Shown: positions 27,618-38,287, counted from the first letter of the stretch. The stretch: 54,409 nt of DNA from an uncultured Eubacteriales bacterium (GCA_900315995.1 ONBF01000002.1:1-54409); one strand, 5' to 3'. The notes: generated from the letters alone by a model not told the origin. Numbers and translations are program-made.

Positions 27618-28506
27618 ATTAACCGACGAACAACTCGGGCGACTGAATATTCTCGGATATGAGTGTACGTTTATGTCCGATGAAAGAAATCGTGTGGAAA
27701 AGCCCGAAGCGTTCGACGCGGTTATTTGCAACGGTTTGTTTTTGCATAACGAAGTTTCAGAATTCAAAAATCTCAAATTCGTTCAATCGACAAGCGCGGG
27801 AACGGAACGATTGCCGATAGAGTACTTTGACAATCACGGTATAGTGTGGCGCAACGCAACGGGCGTGTACAGCGTACCGATAGCGGAGTGGGTGATTATG
27901 TCCGCGCTTAATCTTTTGAGAAATGGTAAGGCTTTGTATGAACGTCAAAACGCGAAAATCTGGGAGAAAGACAGAACGCAAAGGGAACTGAACGGTATGA
28001 CCGTTACTATCGTAGGGCTCGGAAGCGTCGGACTTGAATGCGCGAAACGATGTAAAGCGTTCGATACCGAAGTTGTAGGCGTCGATATAAAGAAAATCGC
28101 TTCTCCGTACGTAGACGTGTTTTACGAAGCGAGCAAATTAAACGATGCGTTAAAGATTACCGATATACTCGTGCTTTGTTGTTCGTTGACCGAAGATACG
28201 TTCAAAATGATAGGTAAAGAACAGTTCGATACAATCAAAAGAAACGCTTTGCTTATCAACGCGTCGCGCGGACAAGTCGTTGATGAGATGCGTCTTATCG
28301 AAGCGTTGAAAAATAAATGTTTGAGCGGAGCCGCGCTTGACGTTTTTGAAAACGAACCGCTTGATAAGGGTAGCGCGCTTTGGGATATGCCGAATGTTTT
28401 GATTTCGCCGCATTCGAGTTTTATATCGAATAGAAACGCCGATAGGTTGTTTGCGTTGGTATATGATAATCTCGTTAAGTTTAAGGAGAACGCGCATGGA
28501 GCATAA
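27589..28506 (+). CDS. D-isomer-specific 2-hydroxyacid dehydrogenase family, NAD-binding
   Basis: 'IVGLGSVGLECAKR' Rossmann motif, 'LINASRGQVVDE', 'GAALDVFENEPL', 'ISPHSS'. Confidence 0.8.
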   Translation: MKLLLAGKLELTDEQLGRLNILGYECTFMSDERNRVEKPEAFDAVICNGLFLHNEVSEFKNLKFVQSTSAGTERLPIEYFDNHGIVWRNATGVYSVPIAEWVIMSALNLLRNGKALYERQNAKIWEKDRTQRELNGMTVTIVGLGSVGLECAKRCKAFDTEVVGVDIKKIASPYVDVFYEASKLNDALKITDILVLCCSLTEDTFKMIGKEQFDTIKRNALLINASRGQVVDEMRLIEALKNKCLSGAALDVFENEPLDKGSALWDMPNVLISPHSSFISNRNADRLFALVYDNLVKFKENAHGA

Positions 28507-29626
28507 GGGACGTCTGCTTATTCTTGCCAATGCGGAATCAACCGTATATTGTTTCAGACGGGAGCTTATCGAAAAACTCGTAAAGGACGGATACGAAGTC
28601 TTCGTGAGTTTTCCGTGCGAAAAATATGCAAAAGTTATAGAAGCGACGGGGTGTACCGTTATAGATACGAAAGTAAACAAAAAAGGCAGAAATCCGTTTG
28701 AAGAATTGTCGCTTATTGCTGAGTATAAAAACATAATCAAAACGATTAAGCCCGACCTTGTCGTTACATATACGATAAAACCGAATATATACGGCGGGCT
28801 TGCGGCGCGGAAATTAAATGTTAAATATATAAACACCGTGACGGGATTGGGCGTTGTCTTTATGAAAAACTCGCCGCTTAATTTATACGTAAGGCACTTG
28901 CTTAAAAAGGCGTTGAAAAAATCTTCGTGCGTATTCTTCGAAAACGAGTACAATCTGAAACTGTTGACGGATAGCGGAATATGTAAAGCACCGACCGTAC
29001 TTACTTCCGGAACGGGAGTAAATCTCGAACTTTATAAATTCGAAGATATGACGGATAGCGATAAAGTAGGTTTTGTCGTTGTGTCGCATCTTTTGAAAGA
29101 TAAAGGATATGACGAGATATTCGAGGTTGTAAAACGTATTAAAGACAAGTACGGAGATAAAGTGCGTTTCGATATTGTCGGACGTATGCCGAATAATACA
29201 TATAAAAAACAAATTGACGAACTCGTCGATAACGGATATATCGTATATCACGGTGAAATACGGCAGGAAGAAGTACGCTTGATATTGAAAAACGGACAGT
29301 GCCTTATTCATGCGTCGCATCACGAGGGACTTTCAAACGCTGTAATGGAGGCGTGTGCAACGGGACGTCCCGCAATCGTTACGGATATTCCCGGGTGTCG
29401 TGAAGTGGTCGACGATAACGTTAACGGATACTTATTCGAGAAGTGCAATGCAAGCGAGCTTTATGAGTGCGTTGACAGATTTATTAATTTGCCGTTCGAC
29501 GCGCGTAAAAAGATGGGTATTGCGGCAAGACGAAAAGTCGAACGCGAATTCGACAGAAATTCCGTTATCGAAACATACGAATCGATTATAGCCCAAACGA
29601 TTAAAGACGCGGAGTGCGAAAAATGA
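28496..29626 (+). CDS. Glycosyltransferase family 4 (GT-B)
   Basis: Start taken at MEHKGRLLILAN ('aaggaga' SD). C-terminal 'HEGLSNAVMEACATGRPAIVTDIPGCREVV.D..NGYL' EX7E-type motif. Confidence 0.8.
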   Translation: MEHKGRLLILANAESTVYCFRRELIEKLVKDGYEVFVSFPCEKYAKVIEATGCTVIDTKVNKKGRNPFEELSLIAEYKNIIKTIKPDLVVTYTIKPNIYGGLAARKLNVKYINTVTGLGVVFMKNSPLNLYVRHLLKKALKKSSCVFFENEYNLKLLTDSGICKAPTVLTSGTGVNLELYKFEDMTDSDKVGFVVVSHLLKDKGYDEIFEVVKRIKDKYGDKVRFDIVGRMPNNTYKKQIDELVDNGYIVYHGEIRQEEVRLILKNGQCLIHASHHEGLSNAVMEACATGRPAIVTDIPGCREVVDDNVNGYLFEKCNASELYECVDRFINLPFDARKKMGIAARRKVEREFDRNSVIETYESIIAQTIKDAECEK

Positions 29627-30600
29627 AAAAATTCAGCGTCGTAATTCCGGTATATAACGTGGAAAAATATCTTGACGAGTGCGTGAAGAGCGTGCTTTCT
29701 CAAACATTTACGGATTATGAAGTTATACTTGTGGACGACGGGTCTACGGACGCAAGCGGAGATATGTGCGACGGTTACGCTTTATCGGATGACAGAATAA
29801 AGGTGATTCATAAACAAAACGGCGGGCTTTCGTCCGCGCGCAATGCGGGGATAAAAGAAGCGAGCGGAGAGTACTTGTTGTTTCTCGACAGTGACGATTA
29901 TTGGGCGAGCGGTGAAATGCTTGAAGAATTAAACGACGAAACGGAAAAGACAAGTGCCGACGTTATCGTCTGCAATTACTTAAAACTTTTTGAAAAAGAC
30001 GGAAAAATTGAAAACAAGAAATTCGGAGACGTTGTTCTTAAAGGCGATAAAACGGAAGATGTTAAAACTTTGCTTAAATACGCGTTATACGGTTCGTCCG
30101 CTTGTTTTAAGTGTGTTAAACTGTCGCTTATAATTCGTAACGGGGTTTATTTTGAAGACGGAAAGTTGTCGGAAGACGTAGAGTGGAGCGCACGGATATT
30201 GATACTTGCGAAACGATTCGGATGCGTAAACAAAGGCTTTTATGTGTATAGGCAAAGAGTAAAGTCGATTTCTCATACGATAAGTGAAAGAAACCTTGAC
30301 GATTTACAAAAAGCGATTGAGAAGTCATTGCATTATGCAAAAGAGTATTCGCTTGAAGAACCTTTTTTAAGCGTATATTACGCATACATCGCGTATCAGT
30401 ATGCAACGTTGTGTTTTTGCGTTAATCTTTTGCCGACAAAAGCGCAACGCGGAAACAGAATAAAGGCGATAAAACCGTATAAAAGAATATTGAATTACGG
30501 ACTTGCGAAAAAGGTCAGATTACTCAATTTTATAAGAAGAGTTATCGGACTTAAATCAGCTATTCGCTTTGCGTATTCGATAAGGAACAAAAATGGTTAG
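29623..30600 (+). CDS. Glycosyltransferase family 2
   Basis: 'FSVVIPVYNVEKYLDECVKSVLSQTF.DYEVILVDDGSTD...LDSDD'. The ATG overlaps the preceding stop (ATGA). Confidence 0.85.
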   Translation: MKKFSVVIPVYNVEKYLDECVKSVLSQTFTDYEVILVDDGSTDASGDMCDGYALSDDRIKVIHKQNGGLSSARNAGIKEASGEYLLFLDSDDYWASGEMLEELNDETEKTSADVIVCNYLKLFEKDGKIENKKFGDVVLKGDKTEDVKTLLKYALYGSSACFKCVKLSLIIRNGVYFEDGKLSEDVEWSARILILAKRFGCVNKGFYVYRQRVKSISHTISERNLDDLQKAIEKSLHYAKEYSLEEPFLSVYYAYIAYQYATLCFCVNLLPTKAQRGNRIKAIKPYKRILNYGLAKKVRLLNFIRRVIGLKSAIRFAYSIRNKNG

Positions 30601-31483
30601 AGTAACGGTTTTTACGGGCGCATATAATAGGGCGTACTGTATTGATAAACTTTACGAAAGCCTTAGACGACAGACGTTGAAAGACTTTTTGTGGCTTATT
30701 ATCGATGACGGCTCGACAGACGGCACGCAAGAAAAAGTAAAATCGTGGCAAAACGCGTCCGACAACGGTTTTGAGATTATATATTTATATAAAGAAAACG
30801 GCGGACTGCAAAGCGTGTATAATATAGCGATAGGTCTTCTTGAAACCGAGCTTGCGGTGGCAATCGATTCTGACGACTATATGCCTGATAACGCGATTGA
30901 ACGGATTCTCGAACATTGGGACAAGTATGGAAACGGGAATTATGCGGGAATTGCGGGACTTGATTATTATACGGACGGGACATTAGTCGGCGATAAAATC
31001 AAAGCCGAATTTGAAGTCGATATTACGTCGCGAGATTATATACTCAAATCGAAGGGAGATAAGAAGCTTGTTGTCAGAAGCGACCTTTATAAAAGCGTTG
31101 CGCCGATGAAAGAGTTCCCGGGGGAAAAGATAAGTCCGCATTATTTACACCTTTTGATCGGTAAGAAATATAAGTTTCTCGTAATGAACGAAAACTTGTG
31201 TTTTGTCGATTACCGCCCCGACGGTATGACAAACAATATATGGAAACAGTACAGATCGTCTCCGAACGCATTTATGGCATACAGACAGCTTGAAATGACT
31301 TTGGGATTGGGACTTAAACGAAATTTCGAATTGGCAATTCATTACACGTCGAGCTGTATTCTTGCCCATAAGTTTTGCAGGGGTATAAAGAAGTCTCCGA
31401 AGAAATTGTTAAGCATACTTGCGATACCGTTCGGATTAGTTATGTCGCTTATCGTAAGAATTAAGGCGAGAAAACGTAAATGA
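30593..31483 (+). CDS. Glycosyltransferase family 2 (GT-A)
   Basis: 'VTVFTGAYNRAY...QT..DFLWLIIDDGSTDGT...AIDSDD'. Confidence 0.75.
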   Translation: MVRVTVFTGAYNRAYCIDKLYESLRRQTLKDFLWLIIDDGSTDGTQEKVKSWQNASDNGFEIIYLYKENGGLQSVYNIAIGLLETELAVAIDSDDYMPDNAIERILEHWDKYGNGNYAGIAGLDYYTDGTLVGDKIKAEFEVDITSRDYILKSKGDKKLVVRSDLYKSVAPMKEFPGEKISPHYLHLLIGKKYKFLVMNENLCFVDYRPDGMTNNIWKQYRSSPNAFMAYRQLEMTLGLGLKRNFELAIHYTSSCILAHKFCRGIKKSPKKLLSILAIPFGLVMSLIVRIKARKRK

Positions 31484-31490
31484 GGTAATA

Positions 31491-32579
31491 ATGTTTTACT
31501 TTCTGTTGTTTTTTATGGTAATAATGTGCGCGATACCTTCGGTATTTTCGCCGAGGCACGTTCTTGTTGAAGGAAGAGAAACGACTCGTCCGAAATTATC
31601 TCTTGTTATTATTGCTTTTCTGCCGTTAATTGTTTTTATCGGTTTTCGCGCATACATCGCCGACACGCCCGCTTATGTTAATACTTACTTAAATAATAAT
31701 TACGGTTTTGTCAACAGTATAAGCAACGGATACGATTTCTACGTAATGATTATGAAGTCACTTAACGTTGACGTTTATTGGGCGCTGTTCGTATTTTGTT
31801 TAACGTCTTGCCTTTTGCTTATTCGCGGTATATATAAAAATTCCGATTCTCTGATAATATCGATGTATTACCTGATGGGAAGCGGAATATTTTTTTGGCT
31901 TGCTAACGGTATACGTCAGTTTATGGCAGTTTGTATAGTGTTTAATCTTCTGCCGTTAATCTCCGAAAGAAAAATACTTCCGTATTTAATCGGAATTTTG
32001 ATAGCGACTTGGTTTCATAAGTCGGCGATTATAATGTTGCCCGTGTTTTTTCTTGTAAACGACAAGCTGTTTTCGTTTGAAATGATTGTAAAAGTCCTTG
32101 GCTTTATTCTCGTACTGTTTTTGATTTTTATAATAACGCCGATAAGAGATATATTCTTGGAAGTGTTTGCGCTTTCCGATTATGCGAATTCAATCGATAA
32201 TACGGCAGGCGGCAGTATATTCAGAGTGCTTATCGCGTTGCTTCCGACGTTTATGATCGGTTTCTTCAAAGAAGAGATTGACAGAGATAACGATAAGCTT
32301 ATTTCCGTATGCATCAACTTGTCTTTTATGTCCGCGGGATTATACTTATTGTCTGTGTTTACGTCGGGAATATATCTCGGACGTATACCGATATATATGT
32401 CGATAAGCGAACTTATTCTTTTCCCGTACTTATTCAAGCTTAAAACTAAGAAAGATTGGAAGTACGTTTTGTTATTGTCGTTTATTATTATCTACGCAGT
32501 GTTTTTTACATTTACATTTTTACAAACGGAATACGCAAGTATCGTATTGGGAATACACGGCGACACGTTCAGGTGGTAG
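31491..32579 (+). CDS. EpsG/Wzy-like polysaccharide polymerase (multi-TM)
   Basis: 362 aa, about 10 predicted TM segments, noticeably AT-rich. Lies inside a GT cluster that also encodes a Wzx flippase. Confidence 0.65.
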   Translation: MFYFLLFFMVIMCAIPSVFSPRHVLVEGRETTRPKLSLVIIAFLPLIVFIGFRAYIADTPAYVNTYLNNNYGFVNSISNGYDFYVMIMKSLNVDVYWALFVFCLTSCLLLIRGIYKNSDSLIISMYYLMGSGIFFWLANGIRQFMAVCIVFNLLPLISERKILPYLIGILIATWFHKSAIIMLPVFFLVNDKLFSFEMIVKVLGFILVLFLIFIITPIRDIFLEVFALSDYANSIDNTAGGSIFRVLIALLPTFMIGFFKEEIDRDNDKLISVCINLSFMSAGLYLLSVFTSGIYLGRIPIYMSISELILFPYLFKLKTKKDWKYVLLLSFIIIYAVFFTFTFLQTEYASIVLGIHGDTFRW

Positions 32580-32580
32580 T

Positions 32581-33690
32581 ATGAAAAAAGTGTTGTTTTT
32601 AATCCCGAATTTAATGCACGGCGGAGCGGAAAAAGTACTTGTAAATCTTGTCAATAATCTGGACAAATCGAAATTCGACGTAACAGTCGGGACGCTATTC
32701 GATTGCGGTGAAAACAAAGCCGACTTATTGCCGGATGTTCATTATTATTCGGTATACAAAAAGCAATTCAGAGGCAATTCGCATTACTTCAAATTGTTTT
32801 CAAGACGTATGCTTTATAAGAAGTTCGTAAAAGGGAATTACGATATTGCGGTGTCTTATTTAGAAGGTGTGACGGCACGTGCCGTAAGCGGTTGTAATGA
32901 CGAAAGTATTAATAAAGTATCGTGGATTCATATTGAGCAAAAGGACAAAAAGACTTTGGCACAATCTTTCAGATCTTATAAGGAGTGCGCAGACGCATAT
33001 AACTCGTTTGACTTGAACGTGTGCGTATCGTATGCGGTAAAGGAAGATTTCACGTCTTTGATTAAACTCGATACGCGGTGCGCGGTTTTGTATAATACGA
33101 TTGAAAACGAAAAGATAAAAAAGTTGTCGAAAGAGCCGATTGAATTTATTTACGATAAAGAAAAGATAAACTTAACAGTAGTCGGGAAGCTTGCGGAAAA
33201 CAAGGGGTGTATGCGAATTTTGAAATCCCTTAAACGGCTTAAAAATTCGGGCGTTGACGTGTATACAGTGACATTTTTGGGCATAGGTTCCATCGAAAAC
33301 AAAATGAAAAAGTATGTGTCGGATAACGACCTTTCGGAAAACGTGCGACTTCTCGGATATAAAACCAATCCGTATAAGTACGTTTCGAGAAGTGACGCGT
33401 TATTGTGCGCGTCGTATGCGGAAGGGTTTTCGACGTCGGCAACCGAAGCCGTAATCGTCGGGACTCCGGTGTTGACGGTTAATGTATCCGGTATGGCTGA
33501 ACTTATAGGGGAATCGGGTTGCGGCGTTATAGTCGACAATACGGACGAAAAGTTGTATGATATGCTTAAATATTATTCGGATAAGAAAGAATTACTTGTT
33601 TCTATGAGAGACAACGCCTTAAACAGAGCGAAAATATTCAGTCTTGAAAAGACCGTAAAAGAAGTAGAAGATATGTTGGAGAGTTTATGA
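32581..33690 (+). CDS. Glycosyltransferase family 4 (GT-B, group 1)
   Basis: 'HGGAEKVLVNL' N-terminus. C-terminal 'SYAEGFSTSATEAVIVGTPVLTVNVSGMAELI'. Confidence 0.8.
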   Translation: MKKVLFLIPNLMHGGAEKVLVNLVNNLDKSKFDVTVGTLFDCGENKADLLPDVHYYSVYKKQFRGNSHYFKLFSRRMLYKKFVKGNYDIAVSYLEGVTARAVSGCNDESINKVSWIHIEQKDKKTLAQSFRSYKECADAYNSFDLNVCVSYAVKEDFTSLIKLDTRCAVLYNTIENEKIKKLSKEPIEFIYDKEKINLTVVGKLAENKGCMRILKSLKRLKNSGVDVYTVTFLGIGSIENKMKKYVSDNDLSENVRLLGYKTNPYKYVSRSDALLCASYAEGFSTSATEAVIVGTPVLTVNVSGMAELIGESGCGVIVDNTDEKLYDMLKYYSDKKELLVSMRDNALNRAKIFSLEKTVKEVEDMLESL

Positions 33691-34676
33691 AAGATTTAAT
33701 AAGTGTGATAGTTCCGGTATACAACATAGCGCCTTATCTTGACGAATGTGTCGGGAGCCTTATAGCGCAGACTTTCGAGAACATCGAAATAATTCTTGTG
33801 GACGACGGCTCAACGGACGGCAGCGGAGAACTATGCGATAAATTTAAAAAACTCGATAAACGCGTTAAAGTGATTCATAAAGAAAACGGCGGAGTGTCGA
33901 GCGCGAGAAACGAAGGATTGGAACGCGCGTCGGGTAACCTTATTGGTTTTTGCGACGGTGACGATTGGGTGGAGCCGAGTATGTATAAGACGCTGTACGA
34001 CAATATGGCTGAAACGGGCGCGGATATAAGTCACTGCGCGTTTCAATACGTTAAGCAAGATAAAAAGATAGCTTTCTACGGCACGGGTAAAAAGGAATCA
34101 ATGAATCGAACGAAAGGAATTTGCGAACTTATTTACGGAAACTGTATAGAGCCGGGTGTTTGGACAAAGTTGTATAAAAAAAGCGTTATAAATAACGTTC
34201 GGTTCAAAACGGATTTGAAATTTAACGAAGACGTGATGTTTAACGTAGAAGCGTTTATGAACGCCGAAAAGTCTGTATATGAAGACGTTATACTTTATAA
34301 CTACCGTAGCAGAAACGATTCGGTGGCGGTTACTGCCGTATTCGGTGAGTTTTCCGAGAAAGTTTTTACGGATACACTTGAAGTCGGTAAGCGTATTTGG
34401 GATATGACTAAAAACGAAAACAGAGAGATACGCCTTTCGGGACTTAATTGTTATGTAAATAAGTTAACCGCGGCGATAATTACCGCAAAGAAAGAGAAGA
34501 GCGCAAAACATTATAAAAACAGATTATACGCAAAACTCAAAATGCTTAAAAAGGACAGAGACTATGAAAATCTTCCGAAACGGACAAGATACAAAGCAAA
34601 ACTCGTAAAACTTCCGTATCGTATATACGGTATTATTCGCAAAACGGGAGCGAAAGAGAATAGATGGAAGAGCTGA
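33687..34676 (+). CDS. Glycosyltransferase family 2
   Basis: 'ISVIVPVYNIAPYLDECVGSLIAQTF.NIEIILVDDGSTDGS...CDGDD'. Confidence 0.85.
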   Translation: MKDLISVIVPVYNIAPYLDECVGSLIAQTFENIEIILVDDGSTDGSGELCDKFKKLDKRVKVIHKENGGVSSARNEGLERASGNLIGFCDGDDWVEPSMYKTLYDNMAETGADISHCAFQYVKQDKKIAFYGTGKKESMNRTKGICELIYGNCIEPGVWTKLYKKSVINNVRFKTDLKFNEDVMFNVEAFMNAEKSVYEDVILYNYRSRNDSVAVTAVFGEFSEKVFTDTLEVGKRIWDMTKNENREIRLSGLNCYVNKLTAAIITAKKEKSAKHYKNRLYAKLKMLKKDRDYENLPKRTRYKAKLVKLPYRIYGIIRKTGAKENRWKS

Positions 34677-35632
34677 TAAGCGTAATAATACCCGTTTATA
34701 ACGTGGAAAAATACTTGCGGCGGTGTATAGACAGCGTGATAAACCAAACGTATAAAAATCTCGAAATAATTATTGTTGACGACGGGTCGGTTGACGGCAG
34801 CGGTAAAATCGTTGACGACTACGCGGCAACGGATACGCGCATAATCAAAAAGCATAAACAAAACGGCGGCTTATCGTCGGCGCGTAATGCGGGGCTTGAC
34901 ATTATGAACGGCGCATACGTTACATTTATCGACAGCGACGATTGGGTTGACGACAGACATATTGAAATTTTGTACGATGCGTGTAAAAACGGCGCCGACG
35001 TTTCGACAGTCGGATACATCGAAACCGACTCCGACGGAGTTAAAGCCGTTTACGGCGGCGGAGCGGTATATAGCGGTAAGCAGCTGTATGAAGACAGAGA
35101 ATACTATTTTCGTACCGATTCGGTTATTGCTTGCGGAAAGTTATACAAAAGCGAGTGTTTTGAAAACGTTCGGTTTCCGACGGGCAGAGTGAGTGAAGAC
35201 GTGTTCACCGTATATAAGGCTGTTTATCCTTACGAAAAAGTTTCCGTACTCGATTCCGAAACATATTTTTATTATAAAAACGACGAAAGTATAACAAGGT
35301 CGCCGCTAACGCTCAAAAGATTGGATGTAATAGCCGCATATGCGAAGCAATATGCGTATTTTGATAAAATCGGCGATACGGCAGTCCGCGATTATGCGGC
35401 GGAAAAGATATATAATCTTTTGGCATATTACTATGCGCTTGCTTTACAAAAAAACGTTGAACACAAAAAAGAAATTTTAAGAGCATTGAAGAGATACTAC
35501 AAAGAAAACTTCAAAAGGTTCAAGAAAGTTGTCAAAGTAAAATTTATTGAGAAACTTTTAATAAAACTTTCTTGCGGAAATCTTTCCGTAACATATCCTA
35601 TCGCAAGGTACAGAAGGTACAGGATAAAATGA
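34664..35632 (+). CDS. Glycosyltransferase family 2
   Basis: 'ISVIIPVYNVEKYLRRCIDSVINQTYKNLEIIIVDDGSVDGS...IDSDD'. Confidence 0.85.
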   Translation: MEELISVIIPVYNVEKYLRRCIDSVINQTYKNLEIIIVDDGSVDGSGKIVDDYAATDTRIIKKHKQNGGLSSARNAGLDIMNGAYVTFIDSDDWVDDRHIEILYDACKNGADVSTVGYIETDSDGVKAVYGGGAVYSGKQLYEDREYYFRTDSVIACGKLYKSECFENVRFPTGRVSEDVFTVYKAVYPYEKVSVLDSETYFYYKNDESITRSPLTLKRLDVIAAYAKQYAYFDKIGDTAVRDYAAEKIYNLLAYYYALALQKNVEHKKEILRALKRYYKENFKRFKKVVKVKFIEKLLIKLSCGNLSVTYPIARYRRYRIK

Positions 35633-36615
35633 GTAGAATCAGCGTAATAATTCCCGTATATAACGCAGAAAGATATTTACCCGATTGTCTTGAAAGTATA
35701 ATCGGACAAACTTTTGACGATTACGAAATAATAATCGTCAACGACGGGTCGACCGATAACTCGCAAAAAATCATTGAAAGCTTTGCGAAGAGTTGCGATA
35801 AAATAAAAAACTTTACGATTGAAAACGGCGGAGTATCTAAGGCGCGTAATTTCGGCATAAGCGTTGCAAGCGGCGAGTATATAGTGTTCGCGGATGCGGA
35901 TGATACCGTGGAGAAAGACTACATTGAACAATTATCGAACAACGCGCGGGACGGCACTTTAACTCTCTGCGCCTACAATAAAATCTATCTTGATCGTAAG
36001 AAGAAATACAAAGAAATATGGAGAGCGGATAATAAAGACGATGTTTCAGTTACCGATGACTTTTATAAAGTCTATTCAAAATGGCTTTTTAATTCGCCAT
36101 GTAATAAACTTTATTCAAAGAAAATAATCGATGTAAACGAAATTGCGTTCGATATAGGGCTTAACGTCGGTGAAGATCTTATTTTCAATGCAAAATATGT
36201 TGAGAAAAGTAAAATCAATTCGTTTATCGTTATTAATAAACCGCTTTATAATTATTACGTCCGAAACGTAGAGAGCAATTCGACAAGATACGATTATTCG
36301 ATATGTGAAAAGGTATTGACGCACAGAGATTATATTATGTCTTGTATGAAACAGTTTAATGTTACCGAAGAAGAAAAAGCGAACATCGACGGGACTTTTC
36401 TCAATCGGATTAACGAGTATCTGTATATAAAACTCGATAAGAAGCAAATGCTTCACGCGTTCGAAAAAGAAAAATTACTTGAATTTTTGAAGATAGTTTC
36501 GGATGTAAAAAGTAAAAAATTAACGGAACGGAACAAGTTTAATACGTTAAGACGAATTTTCAGACGAAAGAGAAAAATTGCGGATATAAAAGCAAGTATA
36601 AGAGGGGTGCGCTGA
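35629..36615 (+). CDS. Glycosyltransferase family 2
   Basis: Start taken at MSRISVIIPVYNAERYL (ATGA overlap with the upstream stop). 'IIIVNDGSTDNS...ADADD'. Confidence 0.85.
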   Translation: MSRISVIIPVYNAERYLPDCLESIIGQTFDDYEIIIVNDGSTDNSQKIIESFAKSCDKIKNFTIENGGVSKARNFGISVASGEYIVFADADDTVEKDYIEQLSNNARDGTLTLCAYNKIYLDRKKKYKEIWRADNKDDVSVTDDFYKVYSKWLFNSPCNKLYSKKIIDVNEIAFDIGLNVGEDLIFNAKYVEKSKINSFIVINKPLYNYYVRNVESNSTRYDYSICEKVLTHRDYIMSCMKQFNVTEEEKANIDGTFLNRINEYLYIKLDKKQMLHAFEKEKLLEFLKIVSDVKSKKLTERNKFNTLRRIFRRKRKIADIKASIRGVR

Positions 36616-37748
36616 TGCGTGAAAAAATTGTATTATATATGCACGGCGGAAGCGGGAATCACGGTTGCGAAGCGATAGTCAGAACCGTAGCGTCTGTGAT
36701 TAAAGAAAAACCCGTGTTGTACAGCGCGGCGCCCGAAGAAGACGTTAAGTACGGTTTAAGTAACTTTTGCGACGTGAAAGAGCAGAAAAAGCCATCGACT
36801 TTACGGACGCGTTTGAAAATAAAACTCGGGTGTATAGACGATCTTGAAACAGCATACGGAAACCTTATGAAGTGTAAAGGTACGGCTTTGTCAATCGGAG
36901 GCGATGTATATTGTTATGAGATTGACAGAGAGCATATTATCCGTGTAAATGAGAAACTCAGAAATAACGGGTGTAAAACCGCGCTTATCGGCTGCTCGAT
37001 AAATCCCGAACTTTTAAGTCGTAAAACTCTTGTTAAAGACCTTAAAGGATATGAACTTATTACGGCAAGGGAGTCTGTGACTTACAATGCTCTCATTAAT
37101 GCGGGAATTGATAAAAACGTTAAACTTATTCCCGATTCGGCGTTTCTTTTGAAAGCCGAGAAAACATTGCTACCCGACATTTTCGATGGAAAAGACGTAG
37201 TAGGTATTAATTTAAGTCCGCTTTTATTTGATTTCGCGGACAAAGAGTCGATATTGGTTGCATATGGGGAATTGATAAACTTTATTTATGAAAATACGGA
37301 CTTTTCCGTTGCGCTTATTCCGCACGTTGTTAAACAAAACAACGATGACAGAGACGCGCTTGCATTATTGTACGATATGTGTGACGACAAGAACAGAGTC
37401 GTTACAATCGAAGATATGTCCGTCGGTAAACTTAAATTCATAATAAGCAAATGTCGGTTTTTTATAGGAGCGCGGACACACGCGATTATTTCGGCATATT
37501 CGTCGCGCGTTCCTGCCGTTGCTCTCGGATATTCGGTCAAAGCGAAAGGTATTGCGTGCGATTTGTTCGGTACGGATAAAGGTTACGTTATTGACGCACG
37601 CGCTTTGGAAAACAAAGAAGAACTTAAAAACGCGTTTGTTACTCTTACTGAAAACGAAGAGAAAATACGCGATATGCTTAATGACAAGATACCGTTTATT
37701 GAACGGGAAGCGATGCGCTTGTCCGACGCATTAAAGGAGATAGTATAA
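36615..37748 (+). CDS. Polysaccharide pyruvyl transferase family protein
   Basis: 'GGSGNHGCEAI', 'SIGGDVY', 'FIGARTHAIISAYSSRVPAVALGYSVKAKGI' typical of PS_pyruv_trans (CsaB/WcaK-like). Confidence 0.8.
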   Translation: MREKIVLYMHGGSGNHGCEAIVRTVASVIKEKPVLYSAAPEEDVKYGLSNFCDVKEQKKPSTLRTRLKIKLGCIDDLETAYGNLMKCKGTALSIGGDVYCYEIDREHIIRVNEKLRNNGCKTALIGCSINPELLSRKTLVKDLKGYELITARESVTYNALINAGIDKNVKLIPDSAFLLKAEKTLLPDIFDGKDVVGINLSPLLFDFADKESILVAYGELINFIYENTDFSVALIPHVVKQNNDDRDALALLYDMCDDKNRVVTIEDMSVGKLKFIISKCRFFIGARTHAIISAYSSRVPAVALGYSVKAKGIACDLFGTDKGYVIDARALENKEELKNAFVTLTENEEKIRDMLNDKIPFIEREAMRLSDALKEIV

Positions 37749-38287
37749 TGTTCAGAACACTATTGGCAAGATTGAGAGGGGAACTTACGATTAAACAACT
37801 TGTTAAACGCGGGCTTGTTATCGGCAAAAATCACACGATACAAAAGCGCGTCATAATCGACGACTCGCATCCGTGGCTTATCGAGATAGGCGACAACGTA
37901 AGAATTGCTTCGTATGTGCATATTCTTGCGCATGACGGAAGTACTAAAAATCATCTTAACGGTTATACGAAGATAGGACGCGTAAAGATAGGCAATAACT
38001 GTTTTATTGCGTCGGGTGTCGTTGTGTTACCGGGCGTTACGATAGGCGACAATTCGATAATCGGCGCGGGAAGTGTGGTTACGCACGATATACCCGAAAA
38101 CGTACTTGCATTCGGGGCTCCCGCAAAACCCGTATGCACCATAGACGAATACAATCGAAAACTCGATAAACTCTTTGACGAAAGTCCGAAATTCGACGAA
38201 AGTTATACTTTACGCGGAAAAATTTCGAAAAAGAAAAAGCAGGAACAAAAAGACGCATTGAAAGACGGCGTCGGATTCGTTGAGTAA
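37748..38287 (+). CDS. Hexapeptide-repeat (LbH) O-acetyltransferase
   Basis: 'IGNNCFIASGVVVLPGVTIGDNSIIGAGSVVTHDIPENVLAFGAPAK'. Confidence 0.85.
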   Translation: MFRTLLARLRGELTIKQLVKRGLVIGKNHTIQKRVIIDDSHPWLIEIGDNVRIASYVHILAHDGSTKNHLNGYTKIGRVKIGNNCFIASGVVVLPGVTIGDNSIIGAGSVVTHDIPENVLAFGAPAKPVCTIDEYNRKLDKLFDESPKFDESYTLRGKISKKKKQEQKDALKDGVGFVE

